Virus record (IMG/VR): IMGVR_UViG_3300017917_002466
Span: 186,001-250,000 of that record
DNA length: 64,000 bases
Direction: 5' to 3' (one strand)
The translations under genes were made by a program, and so were the position numbers. The notes beneath the pieces were generated by a model. That model was given only the letters and a program-made list of their open reading frames with translations. It had not been told where the DNA came from and ran no database searches. This document shows positions 53,889-64,000 of this stretch, one piece after another (position 1 is the first letter of the stretch; each line of letters opens with the position of its first letter).

Positions 53889-55589
53889 TTATTTATAAGA
53901 AACACCTTTCATTCTTTCAATAATAGGATTTAATGTTGTAGCAAAATAAAAACAATCGCCAAATATACCAAAACCAATAATATCACTATTTCTTTCAAGC
54001 AAAATACTATATCCATCAAAAGGATCAAAAGTATTAATATTTAATACGCTAATATATGTTCCATTAGAATAATAAGTATTAATAGGATATAATAATAACA
54101 AATTTTTATAATGTGTCATACTATAACACGAATAAAAATTAGAATTAAACTTTAAAACATCAACTGACCTTATAGATTCTACATTAAAGTTTTTAGTATC
54201 AATTCTATTAATAATACCATTATATACTTTCGTAAATGAATCGAAAATTTTATGATCAGAAGGACTCATATAAATATATCTACCATCAAAAGTAGCACCA
54301 TAACAAGGACTAAAAGAACTCACCGATGGACATTTAATAGCATCAATATAACTAAAATCTGAACATCTAATTCTCGGAATATATATAGCTGATAATGATT
54401 CTGGTTGAGGAAAGAAAATATTATCTGCTAATGGTATCATATAAACATATTTACCATCAGTAATAACATTACCAAATGATTTCATATCTGGATTTATAGA
54501 TTTTAAATCTAAAAATGTAGCTGATCCTGTAAAATTATTTTTATCAATTCTAGCAACTAATCCATTATCCATTTCAAATAAAGAATTATAATTTGGTGCT
54601 AAATAAATATATCTATTATCTTGTGTCATTGAATTATATCCAACTGCTGATATATTATCAGATTGAAGGTCTTTAACTACCATTGAAGCTGAATTTCCAA
54701 ACATAGTTAAATCTATTCTAGCAACTTTACCATATACTAATGGATTAATGTTATCAAATTGTATTAATACATAAAGATATTTACCATCACTTAACATATC
54801 AATAACATAAGTTAATGTTGGGTCTATATCAGTTAAACTCATTATAGTACAACCAGATATTGTAAAATTATTAGGGTCTATCCTAACAATAGAATTTTGT
54901 TCTCCTGTATTTAAAAAAGCATCATAATATATGTATCTTCCATCTGATGCCATCGCAATAGAAGCAAAAAATGTAGGTAATATTGCGCTTAAATTAAGTT
55001 CTACTGGTTTTCCAAAAGGTATTAATTCTTGTGGTATTGTTGATTTTTGACCTATATCTCCATTATAAGTATATCCAGTAATCTTAAATGGTTTAGAAAA
55101 GAAAGCCGTACTTCCGCCAAATATTAAAATACCAGTTTGATAATTAAATAGCCAATTACAAGGATCAGTGGGAAATATTTCATTATTATCAGCATCATAT
55201 AAATGAATAGTATAATCTAAACCATACTTATCACTTATCCAATTTTTAATTCTAGTTCCACCTTCAAAAGCAAAATAACATTGTTGGTTTGCAACAGAAG
55301 TATCTTCTGTTAATGCAAATAATACTCTTTGTGATGCTTTACCTGCGCTTACAGCAATATTAGAATTAGAATTAATACTATCTACCCAAACTTCATCTAA
55401 AGTTGTATTAATAGTAAAATCACCAAATTCTTCGTAAAACATTTTTGAAGATGTTGTTACTCTTTTATTAATTAATTCTTTAAAAGATAAATCTTCTTGA
55501 GTCCACATAATAGGGTCCGATAAAAGTGAAATACCTGAATTATTACCACCATTAGTATATAATGACGCATATATATTTATGTTATTCAT
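53889..55589 (-). CDS. Tail/structural protein with C-terminal beta-propeller (xDGRYIY repeats)
   Basis: WLFNYQTGILIF N-domain; SDGRYIY, SDGKYLY, QDNRYIY, TDGKYVY, FDGRYIY blades. Confidence 0.65.
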   Translation of the reverse strand: MNNINIYASLYTNGGNNSGISLLSDPIMWTQEDLSFKELINKRVTTSSKMFYEEFGDFTINTTLDEVWVDSINSNSNIAVSAGKASQRVLFALTEDTSVANQQCYFAFEGGTRIKNWISDKYGLDYTIHLYDADNNEIFPTDPCNWLFNYQTGILIFGGSTAFFSKPFKITGYTYNGDIGQKSTIPQELIPFGKPVELNLSAILPTFFASIAMASDGRYIYYDAFLNTGEQNSIVRIDPNNFTISGCTIMSLTDIDPTLTYVIDMLSDGKYLYVLIQFDNINPLVYGKVARIDLTMFGNSASMVVKDLQSDNISAVGYNSMTQDNRYIYLAPNYNSLFEMDNGLVARIDKNNFTGSATFLDLKSINPDMKSFGNVITDGKYVYMIPLADNIFFPQPESLSAIYIPRIRCSDFSYIDAIKCPSVSSFSPCYGATFDGRYIYMSPSDHKIFDSFTKVYNGIINRIDTKNFNVESIRSVDVLKFNSNFYSCYSMTHYKNLLLLYPINTYYSNGTYISVLNINTFDPFDGYSILLERNSDIIGFGIFGDCFYFATTLNPIIERMKGVSYK

Positions 55590-55591
55590 AT

Positions 55592-57676
55592 TTAGCTTGC
55601 ATTATTTAAACCAGTTAATTTAATTTTACCCATAGTAATATCAACTTGTGGTGCGAAATTAAATCTACTTCCTATTGTTTTAGGTTTCCATTCCAGATTA
55701 GAAGTAGTATTACCAATATCACCTGGTTTAAACGATGGTAATATCCATTTAGAATTATTTAAAGTTTCCCAAGTTATAATTTGACCAGGAGTTTTTGCTT
55801 GTAAATTTGCTATTTGATCTTGTGTTATAGAAATTTCTGAATTTGATCCTTCTAAAATAATTTTAGTATACTCAAAACCAAAAGGATTATAACCAAAATA
55901 ACCTTTTATTATATTTAAATTATTTTTAATTTTAAGATTATTCGGTTGTAAATTACTTAAAAATCCTAATGATGCATTACTTATTAAAGTATTTGATGTC
56001 ATATTAACTGTTAAACTTTTAATTGAAGCTAAATCTAATTCAGTCATTCCATAACCATTATTAATAGTAATTTTAACATAAGAATCTTTATTATCTTGTG
56101 ATTCAAAATATATATCGTATGGATAATAATTCATATTACTAACTGTCAATGATAAATTCTGATATGGAAAAGTATCTTCTATTGGTACATATGATAACAT
56201 TCTAATAGTTTGTAAATTTGGTGCATTTAAAGTAAAAATAGCATCGTTTCTATATGATCCAATAATAAAATCTTTATTTAAAATTCTTATTTCTGTTGCA
56301 CTTATATTTACTGTTAAATTTTCATTAGAAAGTATATTTATTGAATCAAAAGTTATAATATTTTCAGAAAATAAATCTATTGTTGAACTTATTGATGGAA
56401 GTGCTATTGTTGGATAATATTGTATTCCAACTCCTGATATATTTCCTAAAAATCTCCATTTAGTACCAGTTGCACTAATTTCATCTGGAATAATATTAAT
56501 TATATTAGATGTTGATTCACCTATATTTTTTGTTTTTGCCAATATTATTTCTGAAAAATCAAAAGTTATATTATTAGAAATATTATATGGTATTATATTA
56601 AATTGCAAAAATCCATAAAAATTAAAACCTGAATATGCTGAAATTATATATCCTGATTCTTTAGGATAAATTGAAAAAACTTTTTCTTCTCCAAAAATAC
56701 CTGAACTTGGGAATCCTTCTTTAATAATTAAAGATTTCATATTAACATTATTATTAATAGTACAATGACCAATACCATTTTCATTAAATTCAATATCATT
56801 TGTACTATCAGGAATAATACCCAAAGACCAATTTAAAGAATTATTCCATAAACCAGATGTATTTGCTATCCAATAATTTTTAGGTCCAAATTGAAGAGTT
56901 CCATTTACTGGATGTGTATATCCTTTTAATCCACCAAGATCAGCGCTTAATGTATAAATATTATAAACTTCTTCATCTGATAATACTCGATTATAAATTA
57001 TTATATTATAAGTATCAATAGATTGATTATTATTAGTAGTTTGGAAAAAATTTCCAATTGAAATATCTGATAAAATAGCGTCATTAAATGGTATTGTATT
57101 TATAGGAGTGGAATATATTGTTGATTTATTACTAATGCCATCAATATAAAATTTATATTCTCCAATAGAATTTCTTATAACTGTAATTGCGTGAATTCCT
57201 AATGGAATTCTGCCTTCCAATGTATAATCAATATATACGTTTTCTTGATATATTTCAAATGGTTCCCAATTTCCTACTAATATAATTAAATTAACATTTT
57301 TTTGACCTTGAGTAATTATAAATTGTAATGACCCAAAATCATAATTTCCAAATGGAAGAAAATTACCAGCATTTAAAATATAAAACTCAGCTGTATTAGT
57401 AATATTAACTATACTATGAATTGTAAAACCATCATTGCCCCAAATAATTTTACCATTTGTTTGTAAATATTTTGCTATAATTGTATCAGTTTGGGACGTT
57501 AAAAGAATACCATTATCATAAACTAAGTTATTAACCATCGTTCCACTTATATTAGCACTAGGACTATAAATTGGAAAAGTAGTTCCTGAAAATGGTGGTG
57601 GATTTTGACCATTCTTCAAACATTCCGGAAGAATAGCAAAATTACAACCAGAAGCATTCCAATTACCTATAAACAT
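55592..57676 (-). CDS. Tail fibre/adhesin-like protein with LamG-like domain
   Basis: FYIDG...SIGN...IYNRVLSDEEVYNIY; WxxSxNWSxGxIP motif; N/S/I-rich. Confidence 0.65.
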   Translation of the reverse strand: MFIGNWNASGCNFAILPECLKNGQNPPPFSGTTFPIYSPSANISGTMVNNLVYDNGILLTSQTDTIIAKYLQTNGKIIWGNDGFTIHSIVNITNTAEFYILNAGNFLPFGNYDFGSLQFIITQGQKNVNLIILVGNWEPFEIYQENVYIDYTLEGRIPLGIHAITVIRNSIGEYKFYIDGISNKSTIYSTPINTIPFNDAILSDISIGNFFQTTNNNQSIDTYNIIIYNRVLSDEEVYNIYTLSADLGGLKGYTHPVNGTLQFGPKNYWIANTSGLWNNSLNWSLGIIPDSTNDIEFNENGIGHCTINNNVNMKSLIIKEGFPSSGIFGEEKVFSIYPKESGYIISAYSGFNFYGFLQFNIIPYNISNNITFDFSEIILAKTKNIGESTSNIINIIPDEISATGTKWRFLGNISGVGIQYYPTIALPSISSTIDLFSENIITFDSINILSNENLTVNISATEIRILNKDFIIGSYRNDAIFTLNAPNLQTIRMLSYVPIEDTFPYQNLSLTVSNMNYYPYDIYFESQDNKDSYVKITINNGYGMTELDLASIKSLTVNMTSNTLISNASLGFLSNLQPNNLKIKNNLNIIKGYFGYNPFGFEYTKIILEGSNSEISITQDQIANLQAKTPGQIITWETLNNSKWILPSFKPGDIGNTTSNLEWKPKTIGSRFNFAPQVDITMGKIKLTGLNNAS

Positions 57677-57689
57677 TTTTATCTCCTAA

Positions 57690-57935
57690 TCAAATTTCTA
57701 GTTTATTTAAAATATTCATTAATATTGGAATAAATGCTATAAAAGGTATTGGTAAAAATTTAAACAGAATTTTTTCATCACCAACTTTAGTTAATATTAT
57801 TATATTATTCGTTAAATCTAATTTATAATTTTCTTTATTAATTTTTCCTTTAAAAATTATTTCTGTATCACTTGAACTAACTATTTCATATTCTTTCTTT
57901 CTAAAAAATTCTATAATCATTGAAGAATTAATCAT
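57690..57935 (-). CDS. Hypothetical protein
   Basis: 81 aa; AGGAG/GGGG RBS; hydrophobic C-terminus. Confidence 0.55.
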   Translation of the reverse strand: MINSSMIIEFFRKKEYEIVSSSDTEIIFKGKINKENYKLDLTNNIIILTKVGDEKILFKFLPIPFIAFIPILMNILNKLEI

Positions 57936-57945
57936 AACCCCTCCT

Positions 57946-60339
57946 TTATAAACCTACTATTAACATTTGTGATGCTTTAGCTATACTATTATTTAATAAT
58001 GTTACTCTAATAAAAACTATTCCATTTGAATTTGAAGATGTAAATGTTCCAAATGAAAGGTTAAAAATATTTCCAGACGAAGAACCTAATTTACAACCAT
58101 TACCATCTCCAAATGATTTACCACAATCTAACCAACCAGATTCATTAGGTAATCTTATTTCTATATTTAAATTTCCTGTTCCAACAGGAGATACGTCTGA
58201 AACTGTAACACCTGTAAAAGTTATTCTCATACTAGAATGAGCCATTCCAATATTGGAAGCCCATACACCGACTTGATTTCCTGTAAATCCAGAATAATTA
58301 ACTGATTGTAATGGTAAATATCCACTAGAATAATTAATTGAAGGATAATCCCAAACGCTATTAAATAATACTAAATTTCCATTTGTTAATGGAAGATTAC
58401 TATTCCAGTTTCCTGTTATAGAAATAGGAATTATTGAAAAATCTGCTGATAATGGAAATCTATAATTTTCATCAAACATTGTAATATTTCCATTAGTACT
58501 ATTAAATGGTGAATATGTATTAACTAATCTATTTTCAGAAATAGATTGTGATGTTGCTGTTATTCCATTTGGTTTTTTTGCTGTAATTATAATTCTATCA
58601 TTAATTGAATATGCACTTAATACATTAAGAGCAACTGATAAATCATTTAAAGTATAAACTCCATTGTAAGCAAAAGAACTACCAGATATCGCTTTATTAA
58701 CATTATTTAAACCTTCCATAATATAAGAAATGGGATCAATTGGTCTAATTGCTCTATTTGCTATATTTGTTACTTGTGCACTAATATCAAATGTATCACC
58801 TAAATAATAATATCTAATACCAGAAAGGTATCTTGAACTTGATATTACATTTTGAACAATTGTTGCAATTGTAGAAAATGATGGAGTTGAATTAACATTA
58901 TCATATCTAACAGCAATATCTCCTGTTTGTAATATTGTAGCACCATCAATATATTTCATAGAATGCTTTTTAAATCCTTCTGTTGATTGAACCGCATTAA
59001 TACGTGCATTTGCTTTTTGCCATATAGAGTTATATGTTGTAAGGGATGTAATTTGAAGCTGACCTGTAACTCCTACTCCGGCTGAAATAGCTCTACTTTC
59101 ATTATTAATTCCATCTTCTATATGAATTAATGTTCCTCTTGCTGTTTCAAAAGCAGTACCAACCATAAAAGCAGAAGTTATATTTGGTGTTTCCATTATT
59201 GATGTATTAGAAACCATATAATCAGTTATTGTATTTCCGGCTATACTTCCATCAGCATACCAAGCTGAAGTTAATCCTGTTGGAAGAATAGCGCTATATT
59301 TTGTTCCTGTAAAATTAAGAGTTCCTCCGAACGCTAATGGTGCTGCCGGAGATATAGCATTTATAATAGTTTGAAGTTGACTTATTTCATTCTCTGTAAT
59401 TATATCTTGGGCGCTTAATGCTGATATTTCTGATTGAAGAAAATTATCCATAGCACTTAATGCGCTTAATTCAATATTAACAGCGCTTGAACTTCCACCA
59501 CTTATAACTATATTTTGAATAGCGGCACTTAATTGATTAATTTCATTTTGTAAATTTATATCATTAGCACTAACTTGAACAATTAAATTATCAACATATC
59601 TTTTATTAGCTGCATCAGTTGGATTAACTGGATTAGCTAAATTAATAATTCTAAAATTACCAATACTTAAATTAGCAATCATCGGAATGCTACCATCTGA
59701 TAAAATAGCATTTGATGTTCTATTAACAACTACGCCTGGAACTGTTACTACAGGTGATTCTCCACCAGTAGAACATTCATTATTTGTTGATAAAAGTTTA
59801 GATTCAAATAATATTTCTTCATAACTAAAATTACATAAAAATGTAATTTCATCACTAATACCTTGATTTAATGAAATAGGACCAAGACTTAAAAGAAAAG
59901 CTTCTGAAAATCTCCAAAAAGCTATTGGTCTTTTTTTATTATCAAGAATACTTAAATTAATAGATTTAATTGTATATTTACGAAAAAATTCTTCTTCTTT
60001 ATTAAAATTTTCTACTTTTCCATATTTTAAAGATTGCATCCAATTAAATAAATTGGAATAATTCTTCATATCTTCTGAAAGTTTAAATTCTATTGAAATT
60101 TGAGAAAGATCAGTATTTGCTTTAATACCACCAACAGGATGTCTGATACGAAATCCCATTGTATCAGAGTATATTTCATTCATTGTATATTCTGGAAAAC
60201 TAACACTTTTAACAAAATTATCATAAATTCTCATATCACGAATAGATTCTAATGTTGGTAAATTAGAAAAACTTACTTGCCAACGATCACTATGAAAAAG
60301 ATTCGGATAGACATTAGATGGTAAAACTATTTTATTCAT
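57946..60339 (-). CDS. T4 gp3-like tail terminator/tube-fold domain fused to a fibre-like extension
   Basis: N-terminal ~170 aa tube-fold (SIEFKLSEDMKNYSNLFNWM...LSILDN...FSEAFLLSLG); then DAANKRYVD, coiled coil and beta-rich domain. Confidence 0.7.
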   Translation of the reverse strand: MNKIVLPSNVYPNLFHSDRWQVSFSNLPTLESIRDMRIYDNFVKSVSFPEYTMNEIYSDTMGFRIRHPVGGIKANTDLSQISIEFKLSEDMKNYSNLFNWMQSLKYGKVENFNKEEEFFRKYTIKSINLSILDNKKRPIAFWRFSEAFLLSLGPISLNQGISDEITFLCNFSYEEILFESKLLSTNNECSTGGESPVVTVPGVVVNRTSNAILSDGSIPMIANLSIGNFRIINLANPVNPTDAANKRYVDNLIVQVSANDINLQNEINQLSAAIQNIVISGGSSSAVNIELSALSAMDNFLQSEISALSAQDIITENEISQLQTIINAISPAAPLAFGGTLNFTGTKYSAILPTGLTSAWYADGSIAGNTITDYMVSNTSIMETPNITSAFMVGTAFETARGTLIHIEDGINNESRAISAGVGVTGQLQITSLTTYNSIWQKANARINAVQSTEGFKKHSMKYIDGATILQTGDIAVRYDNVNSTPSFSTIATIVQNVISSSRYLSGIRYYYLGDTFDISAQVTNIANRAIRPIDPISYIMEGLNNVNKAISGSSFAYNGVYTLNDLSVALNVLSAYSINDRIIITAKKPNGITATSQSISENRLVNTYSPFNSTNGNITMFDENYRFPLSADFSIIPISITGNWNSNLPLTNGNLVLFNSVWDYPSINYSSGYLPLQSVNYSGFTGNQVGVWASNIGMAHSSMRITFTGVTVSDVSPVGTGNLNIEIRLPNESGWLDCGKSFGDGNGCKLGSSSGNIFNLSFGTFTSSNSNGIVFIRVTLLNNSIAKASQMLIVGL

Positions 60340-60392
60340 TTAAACTCCAATCTAAAATACCATAGAATTTATGAAAAGCAATACTATATTCT

Positions 60393-60899
60393 TTAAAGTA
60401 TATTTTCAATTTCTTCATCTGTTTCTTTAACTAAAATACGAAGAATATCAAAATTAAAATCATTTGGAAGAGCCTCAAATTTACACTGTACAATATCTAC
60501 TTCGACTTCTTGTTCCAAAATTTCATTAAAAATATTAATTTCTTTAGAACGTTCTTCAAGAACATTCGCATATTCTTTTGCCAACTGATTAACTTCTTCT
60601 TGACACTTTTGTTTTTCTTCATCTGACTTAAATTCTCCGTTAATTATATAATTGTTTATAATTATTTGTTTTCTTTCTTCAAACTCCTTAAACTTTGGTA
60701 ATCCTGATTCTCTTGCTTTTAAAATATCAGAAGCAATTGGTTGAAGATATGTAAGAGTTCTACTAATAGCAAAATTAAATCTTTTATCAAACTTCTCTAA
60801 ATCAGGATATTTATTCCTTAAAAGATATACAATATTAAATATTTTTTCATTAGTTAACCGAGTTTTCATAAACAAAACCTCCTTATTGTTCACACTCAT
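60393..60899 (-). CDS. Helical hypothetical protein, possible tail-fibre chaperone
   Basis: Position between fibre genes; charged helical composition. Confidence 0.5.
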   Translation of the reverse strand: MSVNNKEVLFMKTRLTNEKIFNIVYLLRNKYPDLEKFDKRFNFAISRTLTYLQPIASDILKARESGLPKFKEFEERKQIIINNYIINGEFKSDEEKQKCQEEVNQLAKEYANVLEERSKEINIFNEILEQEVEVDIVQCKFEALPNDFNFDILRILVKETDEEIENIL

Positions 60900-63825
60900 A
60901 AATTATAGTATAATAAAAATTAGTTGGTAAATTATCTGATCCTTGTGCTATAAATGTAAATAAACTATTATCATTTTCAAAAATCATTATATCAATATTT
61001 GATAATGATTTGCGTGTATTAATTGAATTAAACTGTATTATTGAATAACAGTTAAAATTAAATAAAGGATTATCTTGATTAAAATAAAGTTGTTCTGGTA
61101 AATTAACTGTAATAGAATGTACTACTTCATTTGTTAATACCATTCCGTGAACAATTGCAGTTTTTCCTACTTTAGTATATTTAAAAGGAGCAATATTTGT
61201 ATTTCCAATTTGTAAAGATGGATTAAGAGTTAATTCTCTCAATGGACCACCAGTACCTCTAATATTACTGTTAGGAAAATTAATTTGAAAAGTAATAATA
61301 TCAACTTTAAAAGACCCTTCTATATATCCTCTAACTTTAACATAACCATTTTCTAAAGAAACTTCAAAATTTGATGGAAATTCTTCTCCGGTTCCATTTG
61401 ATGTTGGATTTTGTAATATATTATTAACTTCTGATTTAATATTTGATAATAAATTTTCAATAGTAGTATTACTATTAATACTTACTGAAATATTTGATTT
61501 ATTTAAAGATGTTATAGATGATCCGTGTGTAAGATATAAAATAAAAGAAAAAGTTAAATTACTTGTTGTAGTTCCTACTTGAGCATCTATATTACCTAAA
61601 AATAATTCAGAAAGAGTTCCATTACTATTAGTTTTATCTTGTATATAATTTTGGAGATCAGCAATTAAAAAAGTTTGAGTAGTATTATTTAATGATCCAT
61701 CCCATTCTCCAACTGCTACCGATCTCTTTCTCTCATAAAAACCTGAATTTGAAAATGTTGCCATAGTAGCATATATGTTATGATAACTACGAATATTTTC
61801 CATAGCTATAATTTCACTATCGCTAACAATATTATCAGTTGCACTAATATTTTCTGCTAGAATTCTTTTTGAAAAAAGATTATTCCAACGAATATTTTGA
61901 GTTCCTAAATCACATATTTCATTTGATATTGGCTGTATTGTTGAATCAACATAAATTTTCTTACTAATAAGAAATAATTTTGAATTATTATCTAATAAGT
62001 CTTGCATTGTTTCTATTGAATTAGCTTTTTCAATAATATCTGTAAATGCAATAACTTTTTTAAATCCTGCTCCAACAACTAAATTAAAGTCTCCTGCATA
62101 TCCAGAATCTTCTACTTTAGATATCAATAAAGCTGTATTATAAGTTGTTCCAATATTTCTTAACTCAACAGGACCAAATAATCCGATTTTTCCTTTCGAT
62201 CCAAGTATAAGCTCAGCAGAAGTTGAAAGATTAGTATTTTGGCTATTAAATAAACCAGGAGACTTCCTTTCAATTTCATAAACAATATTTTTATGAGTTG
62301 CTCCAGTTTGACCAGCTAATGAAGCATATGAAGCTGAAGTATCAAGACCAGCAAAAATGTAAATATTTTCTACATTATATTCTTTACCAAGATTTTTATA
62401 ATAAGTATTATATATAAGAAGATTTTGTTTTTCTCTCCATAAATCTCCTCCTTTAAAAGCACCGATCAAATAAGAAGATTGAATTTCGGAAAAATCAATT
62501 ATATCAATTCCTCTTAATTGTAAGGTAATTCCAAAAGGGTCTTTTTCTGGTGGAACCGAAGTTCCTCGAACTCCTCCTATTGTAATACTACCATAATTAA
62601 CACTAATAGCATGATTATACCAACTAATTACATTAAGTGGAATTATATTCGTTGTATCTTTTGATCCTGTATGTGATCCATTTTCAAGATATAATTCTCT
62701 AAAACGGTACTCATCTGTTCCAAGAGCAATTGATTGAGTTATTTTTGGACGAATAGATATAGCATCTCCACAATATGTATTCCAATTTGCAACATTAAGA
62801 ATAATATCTGCTCCAATTTTTCCATCAGTACTTTCAGTAACATCATATTGATTTGGACTAATATCAATACTATCAAATCTATTATTATCGTAATCCATTC
62901 TAAGAATTGGAATACCTGTATCCAAATCTTGTCTAGCATATCTAAGATGCATTGCTGCACTTATTTCACTAGTATTTCCATCAAATTGTCCAACTCCAAT
63001 TCTATTTGGAAAGTATAATCCACCCGGAGAATGTGACCAATAATCAGCAGAAGATGAGAAAAATATTTCTTCCCACGTTGCATCTACTCCACTAATATCT
63101 AATTGAATATCAAATTCAAATTGACTATATCCAGTTTCTGTTCTTGAAATTTGTGCTGGAAAAGCTGATAAATAAGCTTCTCCAAAAAAGACTGAGGTTC
63201 CTAATGATGGCGGAGCCTCTGAAGCAAATAAAGCTATCTTATTAAACTTAAAAGAACCTTTACTATTATCAATAATACATTTTATTGAACCTCTAAGTTG
63301 AGTTAAACTTGGTCCTTCATAAACTGGGTAATAATCACCAGCAGACCAATATTCTGAATATGTTGAAGGAGAATCTTCAAGAGGAGTAACTCCAGAAACA
63401 ACTTGAGCATTAGTAGCCGACCAATTAAATAATCCACCACCAACATTTATTGAAGTCCATTCTGAAGCACTAATTTGATCTGAAAGTGGTTGGTTATTTA
63501 AAAGGTTTACAGGAACAGTTGATTTTTGATAAGAATTATATAAAGTATTTGGACTCCATAGACCAGCACTTGTAATATAACTTTCAGTATTATCAATAGA
63601 ATATCCATTTTTTCTCCAAATTACTTCACCATATGGTACTAGTCTATGAATACCATCTTCAGCAACTTGTTGAACAGAAGACAAAGTACTTGATTCAGTT
63701 CTAATATATGGGTCTATTCTATCATCATAAACTGGTACAAAATACTTCAAGTAAATGAAGATACCTTCATCCTTTGCATACTTAACGAAATTCAATCCAC
63801 CCTGTGTTAGCATTACATTTGGCAT
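60883..63825 (-). CDS. Large tail/baseplate-associated structural protein
   Basis: 980 aa; S/T/N-rich; C-terminal YTKVGKTAIVHG fibre-tip-like motif; TATAAATA at 63864-63871. Confidence 0.6.
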   Translation of the reverse strand: MPNVMLTQGGLNFVKYAKDEGIFIYLKYFVPVYDDRIDPYIRTESSTLSSVQQVAEDGIHRLVPYGEVIWRKNGYSIDNTESYITSAGLWSPNTLYNSYQKSTVPVNLLNNQPLSDQISASEWTSINVGGGLFNWSATNAQVVSGVTPLEDSPSTYSEYWSAGDYYPVYEGPSLTQLRGSIKCIIDNSKGSFKFNKIALFASEAPPSLGTSVFFGEAYLSAFPAQISRTETGYSQFEFDIQLDISGVDATWEEIFFSSSADYWSHSPGGLYFPNRIGVGQFDGNTSEISAAMHLRYARQDLDTGIPILRMDYDNNRFDSIDISPNQYDVTESTDGKIGADIILNVANWNTYCGDAISIRPKITQSIALGTDEYRFRELYLENGSHTGSKDTTNIIPLNVISWYNHAISVNYGSITIGGVRGTSVPPEKDPFGITLQLRGIDIIDFSEIQSSYLIGAFKGGDLWREKQNLLIYNTYYKNLGKEYNVENIYIFAGLDTSASYASLAGQTGATHKNIVYEIERKSPGLFNSQNTNLSTSAELILGSKGKIGLFGPVELRNIGTTYNTALLISKVEDSGYAGDFNLVVGAGFKKVIAFTDIIEKANSIETMQDLLDNNSKLFLISKKIYVDSTIQPISNEICDLGTQNIRWNNLFSKRILAENISATDNIVSDSEIIAMENIRSYHNIYATMATFSNSGFYERKRSVAVGEWDGSLNNTTQTFLIADLQNYIQDKTNSNGTLSELFLGNIDAQVGTTTSNLTFSFILYLTHGSSITSLNKSNISVSINSNTTIENLLSNIKSEVNNILQNPTSNGTGEEFPSNFEVSLENGYVKVRGYIEGSFKVDIITFQINFPNSNIRGTGGPLRELTLNPSLQIGNTNIAPFKYTKVGKTAIVHGMVLTNEVVHSITVNLPEQLYFNQDNPLFNFNCYSIIQFNSINTRKSLSNIDIMIFENDNSLFTFIAQGSDNLPTNFYYTIIYECEQ

Positions 63826-63893
63826 ATTTCTTTATACTCCTTAAAAACTCCTTATCTTTCAATTATTTATATTTCTTATAGAGTATCAACTAA

Positions 63894-64000
63894 TTATTCT
63901 GGATAAATATAACCATTCCAATCATTAGAGTATCCATTTGAATCAATTTTAATATAAACTGAAGACCTTACCCAACAAGCGACTTCAAGCTCGAAAACTC
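63894..64000 (-). CDS. 3' end of an upstream gene (partial)
   Basis: Open frame VFELEVACWVRSSVYIKIDSNGYSNDWNGYIYPE* entering from the window edge. Confidence 0.55.
   Translation of the reverse strand, partial: VFELEVACWVRSSVYIKIDSNGYSNDWNGYIYPE

Noticed and set aside
9784-63871. Treating every TATAAATA as a promoter
   Set aside because: An all-A/T 8-mer is expected many times by chance in this AT-rich DNA; only copies just upstream of gene starts were kept, at moderate confidence
1-64000. Stop-codon recoding (code 15 or 4), as in some jumbo phages
   Set aside because: Long genes are intact and tightly coupled under code 11; the small gaps are explained by short ORFs or stubs
1-64000. tRNA, rRNA or self-splicing intron genes
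   Set aside because: No cloverleaf (TTCGAATC-type) or intron core recognised by eye, and ligA, cca and kamA are uninterrupted; tRNAscan-SE or Infernal would be decisive

Overview
AT-rich segment of a large T4-superfamily-like (jumbo) bacteriophage genome in standard genetic code, with almost all genes on the minus strand. Phage identity rests on RegA, a gp3-like tail terminator, T4-type late promoter boxes TATAAATA and sigma70-type early promoters. Layout: (1) 1-7.2 kb, early/metabolic genes (partial nadE, pncA, ligA, thioredoxin-like) interrupted by antisense free-standing homing endonucleases; (2) 7.3-22 kb and 46-53 kb, about 24 proteins sharing an N-terminal M-x-F-x-[ED]-[YF]-[YFL]-x-E peptide resembling the T4 capsid-targeting sequence, including a CCA-adding enzyme, an ADP-ribosyltransferase-like protein, GNATs, a Gp88-like Fe-S protein, a 5'-nucleotidase, a kinase and an AAA ATPase, with an untagged KamA and two Pol-beta-type nucleotidyltransferases interspersed; (3) 22-44 kb, a ~24-gene glycan synthesis/modification island; (4) 53.9-64 kb, tail/fibre genes. 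The top finding is a ~90-nt structured RNA leader present three times (742-837, 1553-1649, 3303-3398). It is a three-way junction whose 6-nt loop is exactly complementary to the Shine-Dalgarno-overlapping sequence in every copy although the loop sequences differ, and it precedes unrelated endonuclease families. Other main findings are the putative virion-packaged enzyme arsenal with internal tag copies, a PncA/NadE NAD salvage route, and several genes reduced to head-plus-tail stubs. All product calls come from motif recognition by eye; no database searches were run.
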